A stretch of DNA of 64,000 nt. Source: Octopus sinensis. Its lineage: Eukaryota. Under the pieces are notes generated by a model that did not search any database, had not been told where the DNA came from, and saw only the letters and a program-made list of their open reading frames with translations. Positions 1 to 12,763 of the stretch are shown here, in pieces. The position numbers and the translations under genes were made by a program. Position 1 is the first letter of the stretch. Every line of letters begins with the position of its first letter. The DNA is taken from NCBI RefSeq assembly GCF_006345805.1, contig NC_043004.1:97774001-97838000 (forward strand), given 5' to 3'.

Positions 1-104
1 ACTTATTCTATCGGTCTGTTTTGCCGAACCGCTAAGTGACAGAGACGTAAACACACCAGCATCGGTTGTCAAGCAATGCTAGGGGGACAAACACAGACAC
101 ACAA

Positions 105-152
<48 letters not shown>

Positions 153-320
153 CCATATATATGACAGGCTTCTTTCAGTTTCCGTCTACCAAATCCACTC
201 ACAAGGCATTGGTCGGCCTGGGGCTATAGCAGAAGACACTTGCCCAAGATGTCACGCAGTGGGACTGAACCCGGAACCATGTGGTTGGTAAGCAAGCTAC
301 TTACCACACAGCCACTCCTG
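1..320 (-). mobile_element. tRNA-derived CORE-type SINE (family A), cut by window edge
   Basis: Reverse complement of GGCGCAGGAGTGGCTGTGTGGTAAG...GGTTCAGTCCC (A/B-box-like head) followed by CCTTGGGCAAGTGTCTTC, which resembles the MIR/CORE domain; central (CA/TA)n. Resembles the octopus OR1/OR2 SINEs; the family name is unverified. Confidence 0.85.
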
Positions 321-933
321 TTATAGTCAATATAAGCTCAAAAGGAATAGCAGTTAAGGTCTAGAATCTAAATGGATCAGTTCAATAGTCTTCAGTTATC
401 AAGTAATAAAAATTACTTATGAAATACTTTGAAGTATACCTATGATAATTCAATAATTCTGATATTTTATTGAAGCTTGTTTCCTGGATTACAATAATCA
501 ATGTTTTGTTATAAACAAGATAGATTTCATCGCTGATTGCTGAGAACCATTCCTCTATCAGCAGGCTGTTGTCTCATTAGACAAATGTATTTTTAAAGGA
601 CCTGCAGAGGGTTCTTTCACAATGCAAATGCACTTGGATAATCCCCGGGGAAAAACTGTCTTTATTTTGTATATCTAAATTTAATCTTATGTTGAGAAAA
701 ACTTAATTTAAAAATCTATTTTCTGTCAATCCACAAAAAAGTCTAAGCATAAAGCTGTGGTCAGTCTGTTCTCTTGTGCTGTATACTATTCCTTTAGCAA
801 GCTAATGCAAGCAATAGAAACAGTTGCTGTTGGCAAAGGAACAGGATTATTAATAATAAACAGTTTTTCATAGAATAACAGGTAAAAAGGTGAGGTAAAC
901 ATAATTGTCAATAGCTCTAAACGATATATCAAA

Positions 934-1314
934 TCATCATCATCATCATCATCCTTTAACGTGCGTTTTCTGCGCTAGCACAGGTTGAACGGTTCGACCG
1001 GGGTCTGGGAAGCCAGGGGCTGCACCAGGCTCCAGTCTGATCTGGCAGTGTTTCTACAGCTTGATGCCCTTCCTAACGCCAACCACTCCGCGAGTGTAGT
1101 GGGTGCTTTTTACGTGCCACCTGCACAGGTGCTGGGGGGGGGCGGGGTCCGGCATCGGCCACGATTGGTTGGAGCTTTTAACGTGCCACCGGCACGGAAG
1201 CCAGCCGAGGCAGCGCTGGCAATGGCCACGTTCGGATGGTGCTTTTTATGTGCCACTGGCACTGGAGCCAGTCGAGGCAGCGCTGGCATCGGCCACGTTC
1301 GGACGGTGCTTTTA
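934..1314 (-). mobile_element. RTE LINE 3' UTR fragment with (GAT)n tail
   Basis: Same sequence as the UTR attached to the RTE ORF remnant at 21.5-22.3 kb; (CAT)n tail on the + strand. Confidence 0.85.
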
Positions 1315-1825
1315 AATTAAGTTCATCTCTCTCTTTCTCCCCTCCATCTCTCTCTCTTTACAATTACAGAATCATGAGCAAGAACAATTTCCTCCTACTG
1401 AAATTCTTTTACTATATATCGTAACTATATGCCCTTCTCTCTCTATAGAGTGAATGACGCAATGCAATGTTATGTAATTAATAGCAGGTAGATATGTAAT
1501 TACCCTGTCTTGAAGAGATCTCAGTAGATAGAAATAGGAGCCATATGTGAATATTAATGATGATATACTTGAAACAAAAGGAAAAGACTAGAAATTTGAA
1601 TTAAATGAATGTATAGATATTATGTAATATATTTCATTCTTCTCACTTCACTAACTAAAACGACAAAAATTAAATAAATAACAATATTATGGATGTCTAG
1701 CACAACGTTTTTCTCTGTTGCATACTATAGAGTGCTCACATTAGATGGGTTGTTATATGATGAAGATGGTAAAGACAGACTTGTTGTGGGGCAGATTCAT
1801 GGCTACCCCACATTCTAAATGGGTA

Positions 1826-2096
1826 GATGTGGGTGCTTTTACATGCCACCGGCACAGGTGCCAGACAAGGCTGACAAACCGATCGTGGCCATTTGCCAGC
1901 CTCGTCTGGCACCTATGCCAGTGGCACGTAAAAGCACCCACTACACTCACGGAGGGGTTGGCGTTAGGAAGGGCATCCAGCTGTAGAAACATTGCCAGAT
2001 CAGACTGGGCCTAGTGCAGCCTTCTAGCTTCCCAGACCCCAGTTGAACCGTCCAACCCATACTAGCATGGAAAGCGGACGCTAAACAATGATGATG
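1826..2096 (+). mobile_element. RTE LINE 3' UTR fragment
   Basis: GTGGCACGTAAAAGCACC...GGAAGGGCATCCAGCTGTAGAAA...CCATACTAGCATGG...GATGATG. Confidence 0.85.
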
Positions 2097-2875
2097 TGGC
2101 TGGAGTGGAGTCACCATGTGAGGTAAATATAATGGTGAGAATGTAGCAGAATACACCCTCGTGTGTCCAAAGGTGAATAGAAGTGAGTATATATTGCCAG
2201 GAGAATCAGTTGAACTAAAGTAGTAAGAGTGTGAGTAAAGAGTGACAAATGTATATGAATATGAGGGGGATGTGGACTGCTGTATAAAGGAAACTGAATG
2301 TAGTAAATGGTGAACAGGGGTGGCTAGTCATTGATGAACACGAGTGGGAGAGATGCCAAGGAAGATGGATGGATGTCAGTTGGGGGTAATTCAGAAGAAA
2401 TGAAATGGTGTCTTACAGTAACAGGTTCTAATACATAGAGACACTTTAAGGCAGTGAACTGACAAAATTGTTTTCATGCTGGGCAAAATGCTTAGTGGTA
2501 TTTCATTTATCTTCACATTTCAAGTCCAAATTCTTCCAAGGTCCACTTAGCCAATCATCATTTTGGGATCAACAAAATAAGTACCACTTAAGTACTGGGA
2601 TTGATGCAATTGACTTACGCTTTCCTCACAATTGCTGGGATTGTCTCAAAATTTGAAACCAATATATTGCGATGCTAAATGAAAGCCATAGCTGAAGACA
2701 CCCAAGGTGCACAGAATTGAACCAAGAACCTCGTTATGTTGAAGCAACATTCTTTACTACACAGACCTACTTGCACCTACACAGCTCCTCTGCCCTTCTC
2801 ATTCGTCCTCTTTCCTTCACTTTTGCCTCTCTGTTTCCATATATACATATATAAGCGTGGTCTGCATATATATTA

Positions 2876-2910
<35 letters not shown>

Positions 2911-2944
2911 ATATATATATACATACATATATATACATATATAC

Positions 2945-3104
2945 AACAGGCTTCTTTCAGTTTCCGTCTACCAAATCCACTCACAAGGCATTGGTCGGCC
3001 CGGGGTTATAGCAGAAGACACTTGCCCAAGATGCCATGCAGTGGGACTGAACCCGGAACCATGTGGTTGGTTACCTAGCTACTTACCACACAGCCACTCC
3101 TGCA

Positions 3105-3106
<2 letters not shown>
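2945..3106 (-). mobile_element. SINE family A, head half only
   Basis: Matches 165-320. Confidence 0.85.
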
Positions 3107-3147
<41 letters not shown>

Positions 3148-3163
3148 TCATATATATATATAT

Positions 3164-3219
<56 letters not shown>

Positions 3220-3472
3220 CTTATAATAATATATATATATATACACCAAAAAAAAATGAAGGAGGAAAAGAGAGAGTAATAAATAAACAATCATACATGC
3301 AGATACAGATGTGTTCTGTTTACTTCTGAGCATGCTTACATGGGGTTGTACTTATGGATATATACATATAATCTTAATTACATATATATACATACATACA
3401 TATGTATATGGATATATATATATATGTATATATAAGTGTGTGTGTGTATGTATGCATATATATGTTTTGTGC

Positions 3473-3518
<46 letters not shown>

Positions 3519-3979
3519 ATATATATGTATGTATGTATATACATACATTCAAATGTATGTGTGCATGTGTGTGCATGAATGTGTATGTTCTTGCAAGCCC
3601 ATCTATATGTATTCCCATATACATACACAGTTACATATATATATATATATATATATATGTGTGCATTGTTAATTTCAAATAACTATTAGAATTTTAATTT
3701 AGACACATTTAAAGATATTTAGTTAAAAATACAAATTTTAAATTTTTCAATTCTTTTTTTTTTTGTTTCATTCCCTTTTCGTATTTTTCCATAGAACTCA
3801 TTATCATTTGGCAGTGGTGTGTTGAAATGAGAATTTTTACCTCAATGATGTTTATGTTGTTTGGGTTTTGCCAGAATTTTAATTATTTTTCAGACTACAT
3901 ACATGGTTATCCAACATATCACCTGAAATATATACACATACAATTATATATATAATTACATATGCAAGTACATAAATAA

Positions 3980-4019
<40 letters not shown>

Positions 4020-4919
4020 GCATTTGTGTGTGTGTGTATATATATTTATATGTATATGTATGTATGTATATATATCTATATATAAAGACGTATACATACA
4101 TATATATACATACATACATACATACATACACATATATACATATGTACATACATACATAAATTCAGGCATATATACATACATATATTCGTGCCTCTATCCA
4201 TACAGACATAGAAGTATTCATGTAACCCACACTGTGCATGTGACTTTGTACAACCAATCAAATTTTGCTTCAGCTAAATCCAAACAACATGGCTGCTGTG
4301 TTTCAAATGTAATAAAGTTTAATTTACATCAACAACAGAAAAAAAAAGGCAAAATTAAAAGAAAAATGAAAATGTTGTTTCAAAAATATTTGAAGTGAAC
4401 TCAAGATTTCAAGAAATATTTGATGTGAAATAAAGATATTTGGGAGAAAATATATTAAAAATATATATACATATATATAGATGTAAATAAAATTAGCAAT
4501 GATTAGTTTATACTTCAAACATTACACATACAGACATGTACGCATAGATGCACATAACATGGACACACATATACTCATACATACATGGACACACACAAAA
4601 TGTCAGAAGAAAAAGATACGGCTGATATAATATAGTAATATTTCAACAAGGAAAAAAAAATTACTTAAATCTAGACATGTTTAAGTTTCTAATTTTGAAA
4701 CAGCATAATAAATAACCACCTAAGACATCAGAAAAATCAGGTGGATTGATTGCTTTACAGCAGTTGATTTTTATTCCTGCATATCTGAGTTCAAAGTTTC
4801 AATTTAGAATTTAGCTTTACACTTCATCTCCCAGTCTTCCGCAGTTTATATAAAATGGTTCATGATTCAGGTACAAGGCCGGCAATTTTGAGGGGAGGAG
4901 TAAATCAGTATTATTGATC

Positions 4920-5137
4920 AAGGCGGCAAGCTGGCAGAAATGTTAGCACTCCGGGCGAAATACATAGCCGTATTTCGTCTGCCGTTACATTCTGAGTTCA
5001 AATTCCGCCGAGGTCGACTTTGCTTTCATCCTTTCGGGGTCGATAAATTAAGTACCAGTTATGCACTGGGGTCGATGTAAACGACTTAATTCGTTTGTCT
5101 GTCCTTGTTTGTCCCCTCTGTGGGTAGTAAAGAAATA
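4920..5137 (+). mobile_element. tRNA-derived SINE family B with 13-bp TSD
   Basis: AAGGCGGCAAGCTGGCAGAA...GAGTTCAAATTCCGCC head; AGTATTATTGATC duplicated at 4907-4919 and 5138-5150. Confidence 0.85.
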
Positions 5138-5419
5138 AGTATTATTGATCCCCGGTGCTTGACTGCTACTTTATTTTATCCACCCTGGTTGGATAGATGG
5201 CTAACAAACTGCAATATAGTTAGTAGAAATCATTTGCTCTAACATAAATACATTTTATTTCTTGAAATACTTTAAATATATATATGTATATCTACATGCA
5301 TGACTACACACACACACACACACACACACGTATATATATATATATACATGTATATATGTATATATAAATGTATATATATATACATGTATATATGTATATA
5401 TAAATGTATATATGTACGC

Positions 5420-5455
<36 letters not shown>

Positions 5456-5465
5456 CCTAACGCAC

Positions 5466-5610
5466 TAGGAAGGGCATCCAGCTGTAGAAACTCTGCTAGT
5501 TCAAGACTGGAGCCTGGTGCAGCCATCTGGTTTGCCAGCCCACAGTCAAACCGTCCAACCCATGCTAGCATGGAAAGCGGACGTTAAACGACGATGATGA
5601 TGATGATGAT
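5466..5610 (+). mobile_element. RTE LINE 3' end fragment
   Basis: UTR motif plus (GAT)n tail. Confidence 0.8.
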
Positions 5611-5631
5611 ATTTATATTTATATTTATATT

Positions 5632-6030
5632 CATATAGCTGTGTAGTAAGAAGCTTGCTTCCCAACCATATGGTTCTGGGTTCAATCCCAATGCATAGCA
5701 ACTTGCGCAAGTGTCTTCCACTAAGCCTTGGACCAACCATAGTCTTTTAATGTGGATTTGGTAGACAAAGCCTGAAAGAAGCCACTCATATATATATATA
5801 TATATATTATGTGTGTGTATATTTGAGTCTGTATATATCACTCCACCATTGCTTGACAAGTGATTTTGGTGTGCTATTGTTTCTGCAAATTAGTGGTTCA
5901 GCAAAAAAGACTGATACAATGAGGACTAGGCTTACAAACAGGTCTTTCTGTTGCTTTCTTTGACCAAAACTCTTTAAGGTGCTGCCTCAGCAAGGCCACA
6001 GTCAAATGACCAAAATATGGAAAAGAATAA
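5632..6030 (+). mobile_element. SINE family A, diverged
   Basis: Degenerate head, core and tail of family A. Confidence 0.7.
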
Positions 6031-6129
6031 AAGAATATAGATATGTATGTGTATATATATATGTATATATATATATGCGTTTATGAATTTGCATTGTAAG
6101 ATTCCTGATGTGAAGCCATGTGTTGAAAC

Positions 6130-7065
6130 AGATATTGTTGTATTTCAAGATGGCCATTTATTTTGGTAAATAAACACAAGCACTACATATTCGTTCTTTG
6201 CTCATTTATTACTGTTCTTATTCTAATTCATGTCCATTGTCCAGAAATCTTTTGTCTCTCTCTCTCTCTATTTCTTAGATTTATCATGGGTATGTGCATA
6301 TGTGTCTATATATGTAAAATAGATGTCATGTTTTTGCACTGTTCCTCAGTACATCGTAAACTATACACTATATTCCTAACTTTACAGCGAACCTGTGATT
6401 TCATCCTACATACAATACAATTGTTCTCTTTACATAAGAACCTATTGAAAGTATAAGTTCTACAGATCAGGGATTTTATGTGGGTTCCAGGCCTTTCTAC
6501 TACTTTAATCCATAGATTATCTTTAACTAATGCCTTTCTAGAAAGGTATGTTAGTTCAACACTCGTGGTAGCATCAGCGAACATGACACCCTGGTTATTT
6601 TTGTCATCATACCATGAGTTGGCCTTATCTCTCTTTTTTCTAGACCTTTCTATGCTGTATAGCAGGCAGATCCCCTTTGCATCACTCTCTATGATGGCTT
6701 TGCACTTAGCCCCAGCTCCTTTGTACACTCTAATCCTCTCCCTTTGGTTGTAACCAGAGAACTGCATGCAGTGGATGAAGTATTGAATGTGTCTTTCCAA
6801 TTCCATAAGGTTGAACATGTGAGACACATTCCTCATCATTCTCACCAAGTCTGCTATAAGAATATTGAACTTGGCATTGTCCAAAATGGCTGTGTTCTTG
6901 TGAACAAGGTATTTAGAGGCCATGGGTTTGGCATAATGGGAGTGAAGGATTTGGACCTCACTGTTCTTGGTATCAAGCCAGCGTTCTGTTTCTAAAACTG
7001 GTAGCCTATAGTTTGGGTGCATGTTAGGGCAGTTTATCATTACTTTGGTACTCTGGTGGATGGAG
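6130..7065 (-). mobile_element. Penelope-like element relic (RT thumb, Cys-rich linker, start of GIY-YIG; Neptune-like)
   Basis: ORF 6306-7040: LPVLET, HYAKPMAS, K..IL..DLVRMMRNVS, MQFSGY...R, IKVVERPG, C....C.VC and C...NIVY...C; these follow the PLE thumb-linker-GIY layout. Frame lost afterwards. Confidence 0.8.
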
Positions 7066-7083
7066 TTAGCTATTTTCTGGAAA

Positions 7084-7203
<120 letters not shown>

Positions 7204-9540
7204 ATTTGAAGGAACTAAGACATCTATATTTTATTGTTTTATTCATTACATTGAAATGACTGGATGGCAGTGTTGAGATACCAGCTACAACTCTAGCAAT
7301 CTTCTAACCACAACACATTTTATAGATTAGTTCTTATTTTATTAACCCCAAGCAGGAAGAACTTGAATTCTATATTTTGAAAGATGTAACCAACTATCTC
7401 TAGTGTTTCTTATTATTCTCTACACACTTTGCTAATCACTTAATCATACACACCATTACATTATCAGAAATTGTTGCTGTGAAAGCAAAAGGTGCAGCTG
7501 CAATAGTACATTCATTAACTCAGCTGTCATCAATTGGCCTTGTGAGTAATATCTGCCTGTGATTGCTATTTATCCTATCCCAGAGGAGTTTTTATCTCTC
7601 AGCCAGATAATCTTACCTAAACCAGATCTGAATGAGTTCTAAGTTGGCACAGTAATTGACTACAAGGCAATGTAGTAAACCATTATTGAATGTTGAATTT
7701 CCAATGTACTTTTAAATATTTTATCAGTGCTTCTGGTTAACTATTATATGGAGATTGTACATGGAATGCCAATAAATTCAATTGCTAGGACTAGAAAATC
7801 TAATATTTCAAGCTCTTACTCCTTAATAGAGAATATAATGAAGCTGATCAGACAAACAACTGGGTCTGTCTGCTTCTATTATTTGTTTGTGCTGGTATAC
7901 ACCCTCACCAGTATTCTCAGATTCTAGGTTTTATTCTCTGCATTAAAGTGCTGGTTTATCAGTTCAAAGAATTATCACTTTTCAATCCTTCCCAGAAATG
8001 TTAATAGAAAACTACTTTGCTCTCAATGACCTACACCACCAAACTATAAATTGGTATCATGATGAGGTAGGTTTCATAGAAATACATAAGTGGGAAAATG
8101 TTTCAAAGCATTGTAGTGCTGAGTTTTGGTGCTTGCATTATCAAAACATGTAACAGACGTGTGTATATCTTAAATGTTTTAACACTACCATAAAAAGTTA
8201 GAATAAGCATTGTAGCAAACACCATTTATTATGTGAGATGTCTCTCTCTCTTTGAGGCTAGGCAAACAGACATATGGGTAAAGATCCACTTCAAATTAGA
8301 GTGCGATAAGCAAATTCAGCCTTCCCACATCTGTGGCTCATACATGCTTTATAAATATGTATCACTCACTGTTTCAGCTGAACTGTCAGAAGAAATGAAT
8401 GAATTAAGTATAGACTATTATTGCTACAGTATATTAACTGCATACACAACCTTCTACAGACTTCTATGGTGGAAGATTAGAACATTAGGAGTAGTTAGCT
8501 ACATATTAATCTCGTTGTAGATTACAGAGATACTCTATGCAGTGTTTCTACAGTATAGACTTTAATAGACTTTAATAGCTCCAAAAACATAACCCGCTAG
8601 AGTTGTTTAACCACAGACCAATATTTTCCTATTGATTACGGAGCAATACAGTTATCAAACTAGAAGCTAGTGAAGTGATAAGCTATATATTCATACAGAA
8701 TGACGCAGGGGTTGCTACATTGCTACAACACATAGATCCATTGAAGTGAATATTTTTATAGTCTATTAACACTTATAAGCTCTCGACTAAATGCCATTAC
8801 TGTTATTGATTGCCGACAAATATTGTTATCATCAACATTGCAGAATATTCACTGAAAACATTAAAAGAAAGAATGAAAGAAAAAAAGAAAAAAAGAAACA
8901 GAACAAAACAAAAACAAATACAAATACAAAAATAAATATAAAAAAAATGTAAGAATAAATAAATATATAAATAAGATAGAAATAAAGAAAGAAAAGAAGA
9001 AACAAGAAAAAAAGAAAGAAAGAAAAGAAGAAGGAAGAATGAAGGAAAGAAAGAAAGAAAAGACAGCTGTATAACTTTGAAACTAAGGAAACATTGATCG
9101 GAAGCGCGCGGATGTCTTTAAATTCTTTGTTGTGTTCACTCTTTCTGCTTGCAATGCTGTCATTAGGTTTAACCCTGTAGGTCAGTTAGCAAGGATCAAC
9201 TTGATAACAATGGCCAAACATTATCACAACATTTGCTTTGAGGGACAAAGATTAAACAGCATGGGGTGTTTCTCTCTTTCTCATTTTAACTGTTTATAGA
9301 TTTTTGTTGGTCTTTGTTGTTTGCAGAGATTTTCCTCAAAATATGACAGACAACCTTTCAGACAGCTCTGAAATAGTATTTGTGCTAGTTTTGGCAGCCT
9401 TTATCATTTAACATTATAGCACTGTTGAAAAGTGGTCAGTTGGCAGACATGATAGAGCACCGGGATGAAAAACCTTTTGGTATTTATTTCTATCTAAGTT
9501 CAAACCTTACTGGCGTTGGTGTCAGCTTCACCTTTCATTC

Positions 9541-9871
9541 TCCCGTGTCAGTGGCACATAAAAAGCACCAACCAAACGTGGCCGATGCCAGCGCCGCCTT
9601 GGCTGGATTCCGTGCCGGTGGCACGTTAAAAGCACCAACCGATCGTGGCCGATGCCAGACCCCCCTGGCACCTGAGCAGGTGGCACGTAACAAGCACCCA
9701 CTACACTCGCAGAGTGGTTGGCGTTAGAAAGGGCATCCAGCTGTAGGAACACTGCCAGATCAGACTGGAGCCTGGTGCATCCCCTGGCTTCCCAGACCCC
9801 GGTTGAACCGTCCAACCTGTGCTAGCGCGGAAAACAGACGTTAAACGATGATGATGATGATGATGATGATG
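9541..9871 (+). mobile_element. RTE LINE 3' UTR fragment
   Basis: UTR repeats plus (GAT)n tail. Confidence 0.85.
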
Positions 9872-9986
9872 AATAACAAGTACGTCGTGAACTGGGACCA
9901 TCTTTTAAGGAAAAGATCTATGATCAATACTGTTTATGACCAACCGACCATATTTCTTTTCATATTAAATATTATTATTGTGGATA

Positions 9987-10195
9987 GGGCAGTGAGTTGG
10001 CAGAAAAATTAGCATGCACAGCAAAATGCTTAGCCACATTCCATCCATCTCAAATTCTGCCAAGGTTGACTTTGCCTTTCATCCTTTCGGGGGTTGATAA
10101 AATATGTACTAGTCAAGCATTGGGGTTGATGTAACCGACTTACCTCCATCCTCCAATATGGCTGGCTTTGTATCGAAATTTGAAACCATTATAAT
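9987..10195 (+). mobile_element. SINE family B variant, diverged
   Basis: GGCAGTGAGTTGGCAGA head and GACTTTGCCTTTCATCCTTTCGGGG body. Further decayed copies lie at about 10625-10800, 10950-11160 and 11270-11470. Confidence 0.7.
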
Positions 10196-10399
10196 TATTG
10201 TTGTGGTTAAGGCAGTGAAGTGGCAGAATTGTTAGCATATGAGGATTACCGTATTTTAATGTGTATAAGGAATCCTTTTTGTCAAAAATTAGGTTAATAA
10301 AATATGGGACTTTCTTATACATGGATAGTATTATAATACCTTACAAAATCTTTTTCCAAATTTTAAGCCCTAAAAGTGAGGGGGTTCTATATACACATT

Positions 10400-10618
10400 A
10401 AGATACGGTATGTCATGGCCAATGCTGGTGTTTCATAACTGGCACCAAGCACTCATTACGAGTGGTCAGCTTTAGGAAGGGCATCCAGCTGTAGAAATCA
10501 TGCCAAATCAGACTGGAACCTGGTGCAACCCCAACAACTTACCAGTTTTCAGTCAAATTGCTCAACCCCTGCAAGCAGGGAAAATGGACATTAAATGATG
10601 ATGATGATGATGATGATG
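10400..10618 (+). mobile_element. RTE LINE 3' UTR fragment, diverged
   Basis: GGAAGGGCATCCAGCTGTAGAAA...(GAT)n. Confidence 0.75.
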
Positions 10619-11872
10619 GAATAAATTGCTTAAGAGCATTTCTTCCGGCTTTATGTTCTGAGTTTGAACCCCGCCAAGGTCAATTTTGATTTCCATCATA
10701 TTGGCGCTGATGAAATAAGTGCCAGTTGGATATTGGGGTCAAAGTAATTGACTAGCCCCTTTCACCAAAAATTTCAGGCCTTATGCCAATTAGTAGAAAG
10801 AATTATTATTGCTGTGGTATGTGGTTCACAATTAATTTGTAATTAAATTAATGATACTAATTATAAAATGTGTATATATTTTAAGAGAAAAACCTTGAGA
10901 TTTGCTACATACTGGGAAAAGTTTTGACAATATATAGGATTAAATATAAGGTAGTGAGCTCACAGAATCATTAGCATGCCACACAAAGTCATACAGGATT
11001 TTGCCTGTCTTTACGTTCTGAGTTCAAATTGTACTGAGGTCAACAATGCCTTTCATCCTTTTAGGGTCAATAAAGAAAGTACCACTTGGAAGCCGGGGTA
11101 GGTGTAATTGATTTTACCTCTACCCTAAAATTGCTGTCCTTCTGCCAAAATATCAAATCAATACATTGGAATAAATACAATTAAGTACTGCCTTCCTTCT
11201 CTGCAGAAACTGTTTATTTTCCTAGTTAGAAGTTCACAAGAACTGTGAAAGGTGGTAGATTAGTAGAATTTTTATAGAACTGAGTAAAACATCTTGTGGT
11301 ACTTAGTTAAAGACTGTTATATCCCGAGCAGAAAATTCAACTGAGATTACCTTTATCTTTCATCTTACCAGATTGAGATAATAAAGTACCAGTCAAGAAC
11401 AGTTGCTGCTTTAGCCAACTATAAAATTCTTCTCCCTAAATTTATGGTCTTTTGCCAATATCATGAATCAATATTTGACTAATGTATAGGGTAGCAGAGT
11501 TAACTAAAACAGTAGAGAAACAGGCCAAAATATTTACTGTATTTAAAAATCAAAGAAAAGAATTAGAATATTAAGAAACTGGTGATGATCTGCATTGGCA
11601 AGTGTAGTTAATTGATTTTATACCAATGTAAAGAAAATATCACCACCACTGCCACCAGCATGAGCACCACCACTGCCATCAGCAGTAGCAGAAGAAGCAG
11701 AAACAGCAGTAGCATCACCACCACCACCACCACCACCATCACTTTGGTCTCAATAAAAATTAAATCTTAAAAGTTCATGTGTTATGACAAGTATTGAGAC
11801 AAGACATTTCGGGTGGCGCCCTTCTTTGAAGAGCTCAATAATTTTTCCCAATATACCTGTACCAATATACCT

Positions 11873-11990
11873 GTTGCATCTAAGGAGAGTCATTATGCCA
11901 ATATTTACAAATGCACTGGTTCAATTCTGCTCCTTTATTATTAGTCAGTTGGTTAATAATATTAGCATAATGACTCTCCCTAAATACAAC
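11873..11990. mobile_element. Small MITE-like hairpin element
   Basis: 33-bp inverted arms (11873-11905 and 11958-11990, about 4 mismatches) around a 52-bp spacer. Confidence 0.6.
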
Positions 11991-12763
11991 AAAATTTGTT
12001 TCAACACGTGAATTCACATAAAGAATCTTGCAAACCGGATACAAAAACGAACCTGCAAGAATTTATTTAATTAAATTTACTGACAATATCCATTACCAAA
12101 ACCAACAGTTGGTTTCCTCTACTCAACCGTAACTGTTTCCTATATGTTGATTTGGGTAGACATACAAGTTTCAACAGCACATTGTTCCAACGTTGCTCAA
12201 GTTAGATATGATAATCTGCTCCGAGGCAAAATGAAACAAGTGAACATGCTGGAACTCGTGTTCTGGGAGAGGTGGATTAATGAACCCAATGAATAGAAAT
12301 GTGGGGGATACCTGAAATTAGTGGAGAAGTGTCTGAACAGAAGCTAGAAGACACATTGCAAGTTTACAGAGGTGAGCTGTATTGGCATTGTAACACATAC
12401 TCTACTCAATATTCAGCAAAATCCATCCTTACAAAGGACCAAACTGATTGGGCTTCCAGGGTTGGCAAAAAAAAAAAAAATCAGGTCACTGATTCTTCAA
12501 CTGAAGCTACAAAGGGTTCTAGATTAAAAGGCCTGTCCCATGGACTGCTCTTACTGGGATCAAATTGAGGACTTGATCATCCTTGGCTGGATCACCTGGT
12601 TGAGAGGATCTGAAGTTTAAGGACATGAAACATTTAATGACTTTCGGTCACACTACTGATGACGTTTTGCTAGTCATACAAAAAGATGTATCATGCACAG
12701 TTTCCCTTGTTACATGCCCTATAGTAACTGTTTTTGAGTATAAACAAACAATAATTAATATTA

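Noticed and set aside
440-565. 126-nt open minus-strand segment (LLIEEWFSAISDEIY...) ending CATAG|gtatac
   Set aside because: Weak acceptor with little pyrimidine tract; no recognisable protein.
985-1320. Recurrent ORFs of the [35 protein letters not shown] type
   Set aside because: Antisense reading of the RTE 3' UTR; repeated only because the TE is repeated.
1370-1420. Plus-strand exon-like segment NHEQEQFPPTEILLLYI
   Set aside because: The acceptor comes from a CT-rich repeat and the donor is weak; cannot be distinguished from a pseudo-exon.
2857-4398. Many Y/I/H/T/C/V-rich ORFs (here and throughout the window)
   Set aside because: Translations of (TA)n, (CA)n and (TATG)n microsatellites, which lack stop codons in some frames.
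7996-8066. Plus-strand exon-like segment xMLIENYFALNDLHHQTINWYHDE
   Set aside because: Good splice sites, but its phase 1 start has no compatible upstream partner among the candidates; left unsupported.
11205-11300. Acceptor and donor-like signals
   Set aside because: The donor is the head of a decayed family B SINE, and stops occur in all frames from the strong acceptor.
12230-12610. ORF 12299-12568 and a possible R4/Dong LINE C-terminus (AVL..xHIL-like)
   Set aside because: Too degenerate to call from one short motif.
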